A stretch of DNA of 64,000 nt from Podarcis erhardii (Eukaryota). Of this stretch, positions 12,393-23,124 are shown piece by piece; within the stretch, counting starts at the first letter, position 1; each line of letters begins with the position of its first letter. A model generated the notes under the pieces. The model was not told the DNA's origin, did no database searches, and was given only the letters and a program-made list of their open reading frames with translations. Both the position numbers and the translations under genes were made by a program. The stretch is from the NCBI GenBank assembly GCA_964252035.1, contig OZ176207.1, one strand, 5' to 3'.

Positions 12393-13074
12393 TACCTTTT
12401 CTAATTTGCTGTTAATTTCCTCCACTGTTCTTGCAGTCAGCAGACAGTGGTCTGCGAGTATTTCTGCATAGATAGTAGTTCATGGGATAGTTCATGGGCA
12501 CTCGTCTCAGCATTCTCCCCTGGATGATCTCCACCCATTAAAGCATCCCCACCTACCTGGGAATGTGCTCTGTTGGATGTGGTAGGTTCTGAATTCTGTC
12601 CTTTTATTAAATCATCCAGTTTACTCTGCTTGCACTTCTGCTGTGGGCTCACTTGTGGAGATGAGACCAGTCACTTCTTTTTCCTAGTCATTTTCCTGGA
12701 GATGCAGCCACTACTAATTTCTGCTGTAAATTGGAAAGCTCGGTGTCCTCCCAAAATAGAGCAATTAATCGCCACTCCTGCTGATAATTAGTTGGTAGAC
12801 TGAGTCGAGCTGGAGCTAATTAAGGCTTTCCCCGAGACTTTCCAGGACTTTCTCTAAGACTTTTAACTTGAGCTTTTAACTCAAGCTTTGTGAATATATT
12901 AGTTAAGGAAAAGCTGCCAAATGTTGTAGATAAAATACCGGGGCTGATAAAAACTGAATAAAAACTGATAAAACCTAATAAAAACCGCACAGCTGATGCA
13001 GAGCTCAAGTCAAACTAATAAAAACTGCACAAGTGATGCGGAGCTCAAGTTGATGCTTCCACTAATGACGGTTC

Positions 13075-13479
13075 TCGGGAATGGTGGAAGGAGAAAGAAT
13101 TTGCCCATGTGAAGACCATCAGGTGGCAACTCTTACACATATGGTTCTTAAATGTAAACTATATGTTGATCTCTGCCAGCAGTTCCTAGATCAACTCTGC
13201 ATCCCCAAATGGAAACCAGAGTTAGAAGTCATACATTTTCTATTATTGGGGAATAATCAGGTGCTCACCAAGTTAGCGGCTAAACATCTTTATCTGGTTT
13301 TTTGTCATCGAAACACATTGCAGACGTCTGATCTCCCTGGACACCTAGAGATGTAATGTTAGACTGCTTTGCCTCTTTCATTTGACAAATGTTTTGTGTC
13401 ACTGGGAAGGCGGGAATTCTGTATTGATTTACTATGGATGTTTGTATGTGATGCCAATAAAAGGTTTGATGATGATGAT
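13075..13479 (+). mobile_element. 5'-truncated LINE 3' end with C-terminal Cys/His knuckle (clade uncertain)
   Basis: ORF ERICPCEDHQVATLTHMVLKCKLYVDL... has a CxC...H...C knuckle and is followed by a 3' UTR ending CCAATAAAAGGTTT(GAT)4. Confidence 0.65.
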
Positions 13480-14189
13480 ATGTTCTCTGCATGCCTTGTG
13501 ATCTTCGAATAATATCCTGTTGTGCATATTATCTTGGCAACTGATGCTTTCCAACAGAGGCTGCCCATTGAAATAATGACCATCTAGCAATGAGAGGAGA
13601 CAGCTTCCAGATCCTCATAAGTTTACTGCATTTAAAACAGCTCAAACTCTATCCCTATATATTACTTATATGAAATCACATTTGCCATTCTCTTGTCCAT
13701 TCACCCCATTTGGAGAGATCCTCAGGAGCTTTTTGCCATTCATTTTTGTTTTGACCACTCTGATCCCTTCAAAGCACTTTGGGGACTGTAGTTTAACCTT
13801 CACAGAGCTACAGTTCCTTAAACTACTGGGCCTGTAATTCTCTGTTGGTTGAAATGTGCTTAAAATGGGTTTTAAAGATATAGGCGTGTACACAGCCCAA
13901 TTTGGTGTCCTTCAAAAGCTTGGTCAAGTTCAATCTCTGCATCTTCAGGTAGAACTAATAAGTGCTCTTAAGGGGGCAAGGTCCTCTGGGGTGATCAGTT
14001 TAGCATAATAACAGATCTCTGGAACTGGAAGGGAGTCCCACTGTCATCTATTCCAAACCCCAAGCAATGCAGAAATCTCAACCGAAGTACCCATGGCTGA
14101 TGGGTGAATATGCAAACTCGATTGCACGTTAAAACATTGTTTTACATACCTTCCAGTTCACATTTTTTAAGCTTAAACTTTTTCCCGGC

Positions 14190-14790
14190 CCCTGAAGTCT
14201 CGAACTATGGTCTCGACCTGTGTTTGCGCCTTGACTTAAAGGACGACGAGGAGGAGGAGAGACTCAGTTTTGCAGAGGGAGCGCGAGCATTTGCCTTCCG
14301 TTTCGGCCGCACACAATCCCGCCTCTGGGAGGAGGAGCCTCCGAGTTGAGGCCTCTCCGACGCCGTTGCCCTTGCAGGTCTGCCGGTTGCTGCTGCGCGC
14401 AGGTCCCCGTCGGCGGCGGCGCCGCCTTCCCCTCGCCGGCGTTGCTCCCGGGCCGGGCTCTCTGCGGGGCCATGGGCGAGCAACGGGAGCGCCCTGCGTC
14501 GTGCGGCGCTGCTAGGCCGCAGGGGGACGAGGTGAGCAGGGCAGATTGGGATCTCCATCTCCCCGGATGGGTGCGCGCGTTTCCTGGGGATCAGACCCCC
14601 GTCGAACCCGGAGGCCCTTACACCCGAGCAGGGGCACGCAGGATCGAGTTCCAGGGCCGCGATCCTATGCTCGCGCTTACTCGGGAGTCAACTCCGCTGC
14701 GCTCCGTGGCTCTGACTTCCGAGTAAAACTTAGGTTATATCATACGTCATTGAGTTTTCAGCGAGGCGGCGTAGAAAACCAGCGCACCCT
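14190..14790 (+). promoter_or_regulatory. RRM2B: CpG-island promoter and first exon region of RRM2B
   Basis: Abrupt GC- and CpG-rich block in otherwise CpG-depleted DNA, spanning the RRM2B ATG (GGGGCCATGG, strong Kozak context). Confidence 0.9.
14472..14531 (+). CDS. RRM2B: RRM2B exon 1 (ribonucleotide reductase small subunit, p53R2)
   Basis: ATG 14472, MGEQRERPASCGAARPQGDE, GTGAGC donor 14532. Short N-terminus with no KEN box, unlike RRM2. Confidence 0.85.
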
Positions 14791-14814
14791 CTACGACTCT
14801 TGTGATCGTTTACT

Positions 14815-15222
14815 TTTTGAAAAATTATTTATTTGGTTTTTCAGATAAAGTTTTACAATCACATATGCAACATACATCATAAAAACAAGATTCCAAAGAA
14901 TCTCCTGGGCTTCCCTCCTCCCCTTTCTGGGTCCCAATGTTAGTCATTTCCTCCTGCATCTTTTATAATAATCCAAATCTTTTACATCTCCGTTATATTC
15001 AAAATTCACCATTAAACTACAAGTGTTATTCCAATCCTACTAACGATTTTAACTGTTTACAATTATTTTTTAAGATAAAATATAAATTTTCCCCATTATT
15101 AAAATTTTGGTCTTCCTGATTTCTGATTCCTCCGGTCATTTTTGCCATTTCGGCATAATTCATCAACTTAATCTGCCATTCTTCTCTGGTTGAGACTTTT
15201 ATCTTCTTTCCATCTCTGGGCC
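14815..15222 (-). mobile_element. L1-like 3' fragment, antisense in RRM2B intron 1
   Basis: Minus strand gives RWKEDK (1-nt slip) VSTREEWQIKLMNYAEMAKMTGGIRNQEDQ, homologous to the ORF2 C-terminus of the L1 at 49762-50931, followed by a 3' UTR and A-rich tail. Confidence 0.8.
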
Positions 15223-15257
15223 GATGTTATTGACTACTCGTTGTGTTCTTGCTTTAG

Positions 15258-15419
15258 AGATTGTTGCCGTCTTCAGGCGAGACACAGGATGGTTTAAAAT
15301 GGGGCGAAGAGCCTCTTTTAAGGAAAAACCCTCGCCGGTTTGTCATCTTCCCCATCCAGTATCCAGACATTTGGAAAATGTACAAGCAGGCGCAAGCTTC
15401 CTTCTGGACAGCGGAAGAG
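15258..15419 (+). CDS. RRM2B: RRM2B exon 2
   Basis: TAG 15255-15257, GTGAGT 15420. Translates [54 protein letters not shown]. Confidence 0.95.
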
Positions 15420-16085
15420 GTGAGTGTAACAACATAGAGAGGTAAGGGTCTGTTTGTGCGTGCAGGTGTGTATTCTGTGTCCTGCTGTGTTAGAGGCGTC
15501 ACAGTTTCCACAATGACAATGGGGTTCCTATGCAAACAAAGCAAGGCTAGGTCTGTGCTCGACTTGTGTAGTTCAACACCACTTTCAAGATGTTTCTGAA
15601 ACATTTCAGGACATTTCAGAAGAGGAGGCGGTTGGGTATCCAGTTCTCAAGTGGCTTTTGGTTGCTTTTTGGACAAGTTCCACAAACACGACAACTGCAC
15701 TCTGATGCTGCTGTTGCCCAGAAACAGATATTCAGATATTAGGGCCGAACACAGCCATTATGGCTAGTAGCCATTGATAGCTTTAGAATTTGCTATAATT
15801 CTTAATGGATAGTTCTAAGAATTTGCCTAATTCCATTTTAAAGCCACCCAAATTGGTGTCCACAGCTACATCGTTTAGTGAATTCCATATTTTGACTAGG
15901 CACTGTGTGAAGAAATATGCCTTTTTGCCTTGAATATTCCAACATTCATCTTCATTGCATTACCTCCTGTTCTGGTATTATGAGAGAAGAAGAAAAGCTT
16001 CTCCACAGAATGCATCTTTTTATATTCCTCTATCATGACCACCCTTACTTGTTTTTTTTTCTAAACTAAAAACACCTCAAACATT

Positions 16086-16226
16086 CGTGTGCATGCACAC
16101 TTCTTCAGATACATGCACACGAAAGCTCATACCTAGAACTAACTCAGTTGGTCTTTAAGGTGCTACTGGAAGGAATTTTTTTATTTTGTTTTGACCATGG
16201 CAGACCAACACGGCTACCTATCTGTA
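16086..16226 (+). mobile_element. Short Penelope-like element with inverted 5' segment, in RRM2B intron 2
   Basis: Near-identical to 53183-53281; 16084-16112 is the reverse complement of the element's 5' end. 12-bp TSD ACCTCAAACATT at 16074-16085 and 16227-16238. Confidence 0.85.
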
Positions 16227-17483
16227 ACCTCAAACATTGTATAGGCTTTTTTCGTAGGGGAGTTCCTCTAGCCACTTAAGCGTTTTGGTTGGTATAGGAG
16301 AATAAAAAGAAAGGAAGGGTCAAGAGACCTAGGAAAGCCAGACTTTAGGGACAGCTAGGAGAGAGGGTGACGAAAGACTGACTCCATTCACTGATGTCAC
16401 AACCACACCATACATTTAAGGCACTCTTGTACCACTTTAAAAGTCATGGCTTCCCCCAGAGAATTCTGGGAGCTGTAGCTTGTAAAGGGTGCTGAAAGTT
16501 GTAGATACATAACTAACACTTGCCCCAAAGAGGCTCACGTGGTGCTGTCATTGTCAGCTGTTTGGCACCAGGCAAAGACATTTGTCTTCTCCCAGGCATT
16601 TGAACACTGATATGGGCCACTGATAATGTGCTGTTTTAGGTAGTCTTTCTGGAAGCAGCTGGTTCATCTTTGTGTCTGACTTGTTGAGTGTGGATGAACT
16701 TTAAGCATATTAATAAAAGAATTATGTGGCACCTTAAACTCTTAATACATTTATTACAGCACAAGCTTTTGTGGATTAGAGAAAGGAGAAAATGATAAGG
16801 CGGTAACTGAATGGCAATAAGATACAAAAATTGCAGTCAGTGACACTGAGATGTTAGATAGATACACCTGTAAAATTTTACCAGAATAGATTGATGATAA
16901 CTCCTGAAATGATTGTATTTACACCTGCAGTGGGGCAGGGAACAGTTAACAAGAAATGATCATAGATAGCGCAGATATCCTGGCATATTTAGTGTACTGT
17001 TTCTTAAATTAATTCATTTTAAATTGTATTGGTTTCATGTTTATTATTTGTTATTTCTGTTAGCCATTTTGCGACTTTTGGAGGAGTGGTGATAATAACA
17101 AAATTAATAACATGTCTTTGAATAAGTTATGGGCATCCTCTTTCCCTGTCCACTTGCAAACTATCCAGTCCTTGCAAATGTCTTCAAATGAAGCACAAGG
17201 CATCGTGGAGAGAAGCTTTGTAGGAACTATATGAATGTGGCGGGTTGGTAGATATTGGTTTGTTTTGGTTTTGTTGCTCTTGTTCTTTTGTATTTTGTGT
17301 TCTTATCTTGTATCTTTGTGTTGTGAGCTGCCTTGAGATCTACAGATGAAAAAACAGTATAGAAAATTAATAAATAAAGAATTTGCCATTTCATTTCCCT
17401 CAAGAGTTTCTTTTGTCTTACAGAGTTATTAATGAACCACTAAAATATAAATTTGCAATGAATTTTTCTTCTTCCTCACAAAG

Positions 17484-17600
17484 GTTGACTTATCAAAGGA
17501 TCTTCTTCACTGGAACAAACTGAAACCTGAAGAAAAATACTTTATTTCACATATCCTGGCTTTTTTTGCAGCCAGCGATGGAATTGTGAACGAAAACCTG
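17484..17600 (+). CDS. RRM2B: RRM2B exon 3 (iron ligand Asp in ASDG)
   Basis: AAG 17481-17483, GTAAGA 17601. Translates [39 protein letters not shown]. Confidence 0.97.
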
Positions 17601-17862
17601 GTAAGATACTTTATGGGCTGCTTTTCTAACCCTGTGCTGCCTGCCTTCTTTGCTGTTTCAGCACCTGCAGTCAAGCTGATGAAACACTTTGGCATTTGAC
17701 CTCAAGGCTTATTTGCCATTAGTGTTTTGAGCAAGCAGTTCAAATATTTAAGGTCCTTAGATAAGTTGGCACTTGAGGATTGCAGCTCCAAGCCATTCCC
17801 TTGGCCATAGTTTCCTGTCGTCTGATAACTATATCAAATGTAGTGCTTTCCAGTGATGGTAG

Positions 17863-18069
<207 letters not shown>

Positions 18070-18171
18070 TAATCACCGTAAGTATTGCCACAATATAGAG
18101 GATTTCTGTATTGTGTTCTTTCCATACTGAATGACTCTGTCCTGGTTCAGACATAACAGGAGAGATCACTA

Positions 18172-18413
18172 CAGTGGTACCTCAGGTTAAGAACTTAATT
18201 CGTTCTGGAGGTCCCTTCTTAACCTGAAACTATTCTTAACCTGAGGTACCACTTTAGCTAATGGGGCCTCCCACTGCTGCTGTGCCGGAGCTGCACGATT
18301 TCTGTTCTCATCCTGAAGCAAAGTTCTTAACCTGAGGTACTATTTCAGGGTTAGCAGAGTCTGTAATCTGAAGCATCTGTAACCTGAAGCGTCTGTAACC
18401 CGAGGTACCACTT
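18172..18413. mobile_element. Tigger/pogo-like MITE, family A copy 1
   Basis: TA|CAGTGGTACCTCAGGTT...AACCCGAGGTACCACTT|TA; homologous to 33296-33537 and 38263-38504. Confidence 0.9.
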
Positions 18414-18678
18414 TAAAGTTTTTTGGGAGAGGGCGGGGGAACTGATTTGCCTGCCAAGAGAGGAGAGGACAATATATGGCAGATAGTATCCCGCCTGACA
18501 ACAGACGGTACCACTGTATAGCATTAAGCCACAGTGGGACTTGGTTCCAACTTTCCTCACTTCCTTCTATGAGGAGGAGGTAAAAACATCTACTTTTTCC
18601 TTTCAACAAACCACAGTTCACTGCAACTTCTCAGCTTGGAAATTGTGGTTTGTTTAAAGCTAAACTGTGGTTAGGAGA

Positions 18679-19014
18679 GGATGCAGGCGGTGCTGTGGGT
18701 TAAACCACAGATCAAAAGGTCGGCGGTTCGAATCCCTGCGATGGGGTGAGCTCCCGTTGCTCGGTCCCTGCTCCTGCCAACCTAGCAGTTTGAAAGCATG
18801 TCAAAGTGCAAGTAGATAACTAGGTACTGCTCTGGTGGGAAGGTAGATGTCGTTTCTGTGCGCTGCTCTGGTTCACCAGAAGCAGCTTAGTCATGCTGGC
18901 CACATGACCCGGAAGCTGTATGCCGGCTCCCTCGGCCAATAAAGCAAGATGAGCGCCACAACCCCAGAGTCCACCACGACTGAACCTAATGGTCTGGGTT
19001 CCCTTTACCCTTTA
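18679..19014 (+). mobile_element. Sauria-type SINE in RRM2B intron 4
   Basis: tRNA-like head (GGTTCGAATCC box B) and CCCTTTACCCTTTA tail; 11-bp TSD TGGTTAGGAGA at 18668-18678 and 19015-19025; short deletion after AAACCACAG. Confidence 0.92.
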
Positions 19015-20115
19015 TGGTTAGGAGAAGTCAGAGCCAAATCATTCTTTCAGATGATTCCGACATTTCCAATCTCCTCACAGGTATGCTTGCGGCGAAGGTT
19101 CATTGCAGCTCATTATCATAGCAGGAGTTTCATTAAACTCAGAGCAGTATGTGTTTTTGTGCTTAAAACTAGGAACCAATATTCATCAGAGTAATCCAAA
19201 ATTGAACTTTTTTAAAAAAAAAACTTTCCTCTGTATAAATGATACAAGTTAAGAAACTGCATGCATTTGTTTAATTTGAATAATTCAGCTTCAAGTAAAT
19301 ATGAGAAAGAGCAAGGAACTGCATGGTATTGAGGCCCTCTCATTGACCTCTAGAAATATAACTTCCGAGATTCTACAAAACACCTTCAAGGCTCATGGCC
19401 AGTCATATGGACTAGAAACATGATTTTAAAATGCTGGGAATTCTGCACCAATTAAGGCTTCACACAGCACTTTCATGAAATCACAGAATACATGCAGCCC
19501 TGAATAAAATTGTGCAAAATTACAAAGATGGAAAATGTGTGTAGCTAGGATAGAACGGTGAATAACTTTTTCCATGAAGGGGCTGGATGTGAGAAATGAG
19601 GTAAAAAGGTAGAAATCAGTTGAATACTGGTTTCGTCTCTCTCCCCTATCCAGTTCATATGGTTTTATTTATTTATTTAAAGACAGTGCAGTCACTAAGT
19701 TCACTAGTGGCTTACCTGGACAGGTGTCCAGTCTGTCCTACCACACCAGTCACTGTTGACCAAAGGGTGACTTTTCCTTCAGAATTAATGTGCTGAAATG
19801 AAATAGCCTTGTTACTCATGCTGTAAATTACTCAGTGGTGAAATGAGTTAATATTTCCTTCTAGTTTGAAGGCAGGTTCTGAAAAAGGTTTGTGTCTTAA
19901 CATTCTTCAAGATGCAGAAACTTCTTGTTTTGCCATAACGTGCACACATTCAGAAGATCATTTAATCATGTATCTGTTACGAGAGGATTGAGCCATCTGT
20001 GGGTGACCCCCTGCTTCAGATACGGCTGTGTGAAACCCTGTTTAAACTTGCGGTCAGGGAGGCGGTGGAAGGAGGCTGCTTGTATCGTCTCATTTTCCCC
20101 ACACCTCTTGCCATT

Positions 20116-20261
20116 TAGGGCTGCACAAGGCCCTGATCCTGTTCAGGATCTGAGTTTGGCCCAGATTAGGCTGGGCCCCGGAGTGATGTGGCTGGAATAG
20201 GGCCTGATCAGGATTACCAAATTGGGTTCCAGACTGTACTGGGGTGCCTTGCACAGCCCTA
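20116..20261. mobile_element. MITE-like element with 15-bp TIRs
   Basis: TAGGGCTGCACAAGG...CCTTGCACAGCCCTA; no clear TSD. Confidence 0.55.
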
Positions 20262-20448
20262 GGGTGGCATTCAACTACATTTTACTCTTGAGTAGACCTG
20301 TTGAAATTAATAGCCCTAGCTTAGTTATGTTCATTAATTTCAGTGGTCCGCTTTGGGTAAAACATAGCTGAACCACCCATATTGTCCGATGCACGGACGT
20401 GATACTGGCGCCTCAGATTCTTGCTATCTTTTGGTTTGTTTTTTCCAG

Positions 20449-20543
20449 GGACTTCTTATTTAATGCTATTGAAACAATGCCGTGCGTCAAGAGGAAAGCT
20501 GACTGGGCACTGAGGTGGATAAGAGACAGGGAAGCCACTTTTG
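20449..20543 (+). CDS. RRM2B: RRM2B exon 5
   Basis: CAG 20446-20448, GTAGGT 20544. Translates [31 protein letters not shown]. Confidence 0.97.
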
Positions 20544-20991
20544 GTAGGTTGCTTCTGAGTAATGCATTTCCACTATACGTGCCTTAGTTGAAATAATGTT
20601 TTTGAGTGTTCTAAAGTTGTTTAATACCTCTCAGTGTAAGAAGCTGAACTGGTATAGAGTAAGACTCTACCTGAGTGGGAGACCAGGAAGGAGGGGCTAT
20701 GGTGTTGGTTTGTGTTATCCTGTGGCTGAAGGTGGTTGAATGAGCTGGTTATAAATTATGCTTAAGACTACCAGGATTGGGGCGTTTGTGGAGAGGAGGG
20801 ACACTCAAGTTCATACTGCATTTTTGCATTTGATTTTTGTGTTCTCTAAAAAATATTTTGTTTTCTTGTTAATTATGTTGCTTTCAGTGCAGATTGTTAC
20901 TGTATTTGTACTGGAATTTCCTCTCCTTTTATATGTTGCAACATTCTATTTTACAGTTTGAGGGGTTGGTGTCTGAACTTTGTAACCATAA

Positions 20992-21231
<240 letters not shown>

Positions 21232-21315
21232 TAAAAGAGTCACAGATACTAGAAATTCCCCCCCCCCGCTTGATTTTTTTAAAAAACCAACAACCAGTAG
21301 TATCTGAATTGTTGA

Positions 21316-21408
21316 AATAGTGTAAATAGTGTAAATGTATAAATAGTGTAAATGTATCTAAAATAAACTAAATAAATACACTAAATACACTAAAATAGTG
21401 TAAATGTC
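21316..21408. repeat. AT-rich degenerate tandem repeat (AAATAGTGT units) in RRM2B intron 6
   Basis: Repeated AAATAGTGTAAAT and AAATACACT motifs. Confidence 0.7.
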
Positions 21409-21945
21409 TCACTTTAGATTAAGCACAGCTCATTTTAATAAGAGTGATGTGTTTCCCCCAACTAATAATGCATGTTGCTGTCTTGAAATTTTTAAAATAT
21501 GAAAAATCAGGGTGGGTGGATTGGAAGCCAACTTGGCCCTGTCTGCACTATACATTTAAAGCAGTATCATACCACTTTAAACAGCCATGGCTTCCCCCAA
21601 AGAGTCTTGGGGACCATAGTTTGTCAAGGGGTGCTGAGAGTTGTTAGGAGACCCCTGTTCTCATCTTTGCTGCTTTATATTGCTGTCTTATCAATATCTT
21701 CTGGCTAGTTCTATTCAGTTTTTAAAATTGTGGGTGGGTGTTGCTGTAAAAAGCTTGGCCCTTTTAACGTTTACTTTAGGATGGATGGATATATTTATGT
21801 ATGTATTTAAGGCACGCGCACACGCACACACACATATATATGCACCTTAAATACATAAATAAAAGTGGGAAAAGAGAGTTTTTGCTGCTGGTTTGTAGAA
21901 GCAAGGTGAGTGTCCCTTATTTTCCATTTCATTCTCATTTTTCAG

Positions 21946-22050
21946 GGACTCCATTGCAACTTTGCCTGCCTAATGTTTCAGTACTTAGTGAATAAACCTT
22001 CAGAAGAAAGAGTCAGAGAGATTGTTGTCAATGCAGTTGAAATTGAACAG
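21946..22050 (+). CDS. RRM2B: RRM2B exon 7
   Basis: CAG 21943-21945, GTAAGC 22051. Translates [35 protein letters not shown]. Confidence 0.97.
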
Positions 22051-22306
22051 GTAAGCAGACGAGTCTCCGGGTTTCTTCTTCTGCATCCAAAATACTATTC
22101 CTCTTAAAAAGTCAGGTGCCTGCTCTACTTCACTTTTGCACCAGTCACTGTTTGTCACTGCAGTTGCTTCAGGATAGAGCACCTTGACATACATCTCCAG
22201 ATCTCAATGTGTTGTAGCTGTGGCTCTCTTTAAAGTGGCCTCTGTTAACATGGTAATCAGACTATAATGGGTTATTCCTAAGTAGCTGGAATTGTGCTCC
22301 TCCTAA

Positions 22307-22453
<147 letters not shown>

Positions 22454-22872
22454 TAGCTCAGGAAGATATAAACATTTAACACTAGTCTCCTTACAATGCA
22501 ATCCTAACCATGTATTCTAAGAAGTAAGTCCTGTTGAATTCAATGGGCCCCCAGGTAAGTGGGGTTGGGCCTTAGGAAGTTTTTCCATAGTCATTTGTTT
22601 CAGGGTTGTGCCTGAGCTCTGTAAGCACTTGGAAATAAAATATACGATGTATAGAATAAAACCAGGAATGTTTTGACTAGTCCTTCTTTGGTCAGGTCGC
22701 CTTGCAAAATACTGTACATCTTATTTACTAATTGTGTTATTTATTTATATCGTTTTGTATCATTTATTTATTTCAGAAAATTTGTATTCCACCTTTCTGC
22801 AGCAAAATAAATAGTGTGGAGGGTGACTTGCAGTGTAATGTTACAAGTAACACATTGTTAACAAATAACGTA

Positions 22873-23124
22873 CAGTGGTACCTTGGTTCCCAAACGGCTT
22901 AGTTGTCCAACAGATTGGGTCCCGCAAACCGGCGTAAGTGTTCCGGTTTGCAAATGTTTTTCGGAAGCCGAATGTCTGACGTGGCTTCCATGGCTTCTGC
23001 GGCCTTCCGCTTGAGTGCAGGAAGCTCCTGCAGCCAATCGGAAGCCGCGCCTTGGTTTCCGAATGGTTTTGGGAGTCGAATGAACTCGCGGAACAGATTG
23101 TGTTAGAGAACCAAGGTACCGCTC
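22873..23124. mobile_element. Tigger/pogo-like MITE, family B
   Basis: TA|CAGTGGTACCTTGGTTC...GAACCAAGGTACCGCTC|TA. Confidence 0.85.

Noticed and set aside
14205-14848. Multiple overlapping ORFs on both strands
   Set aside because: This is the expected stop-codon scarcity of a CpG island; only 14472-14531 has Kozak, donor and homology support.
15671-15680. Perfect p53 half-site GGACAAGTTC as the RRM2B response element
   Set aside because: There is no adjacent second decamer, and single half-sites occur often by chance.
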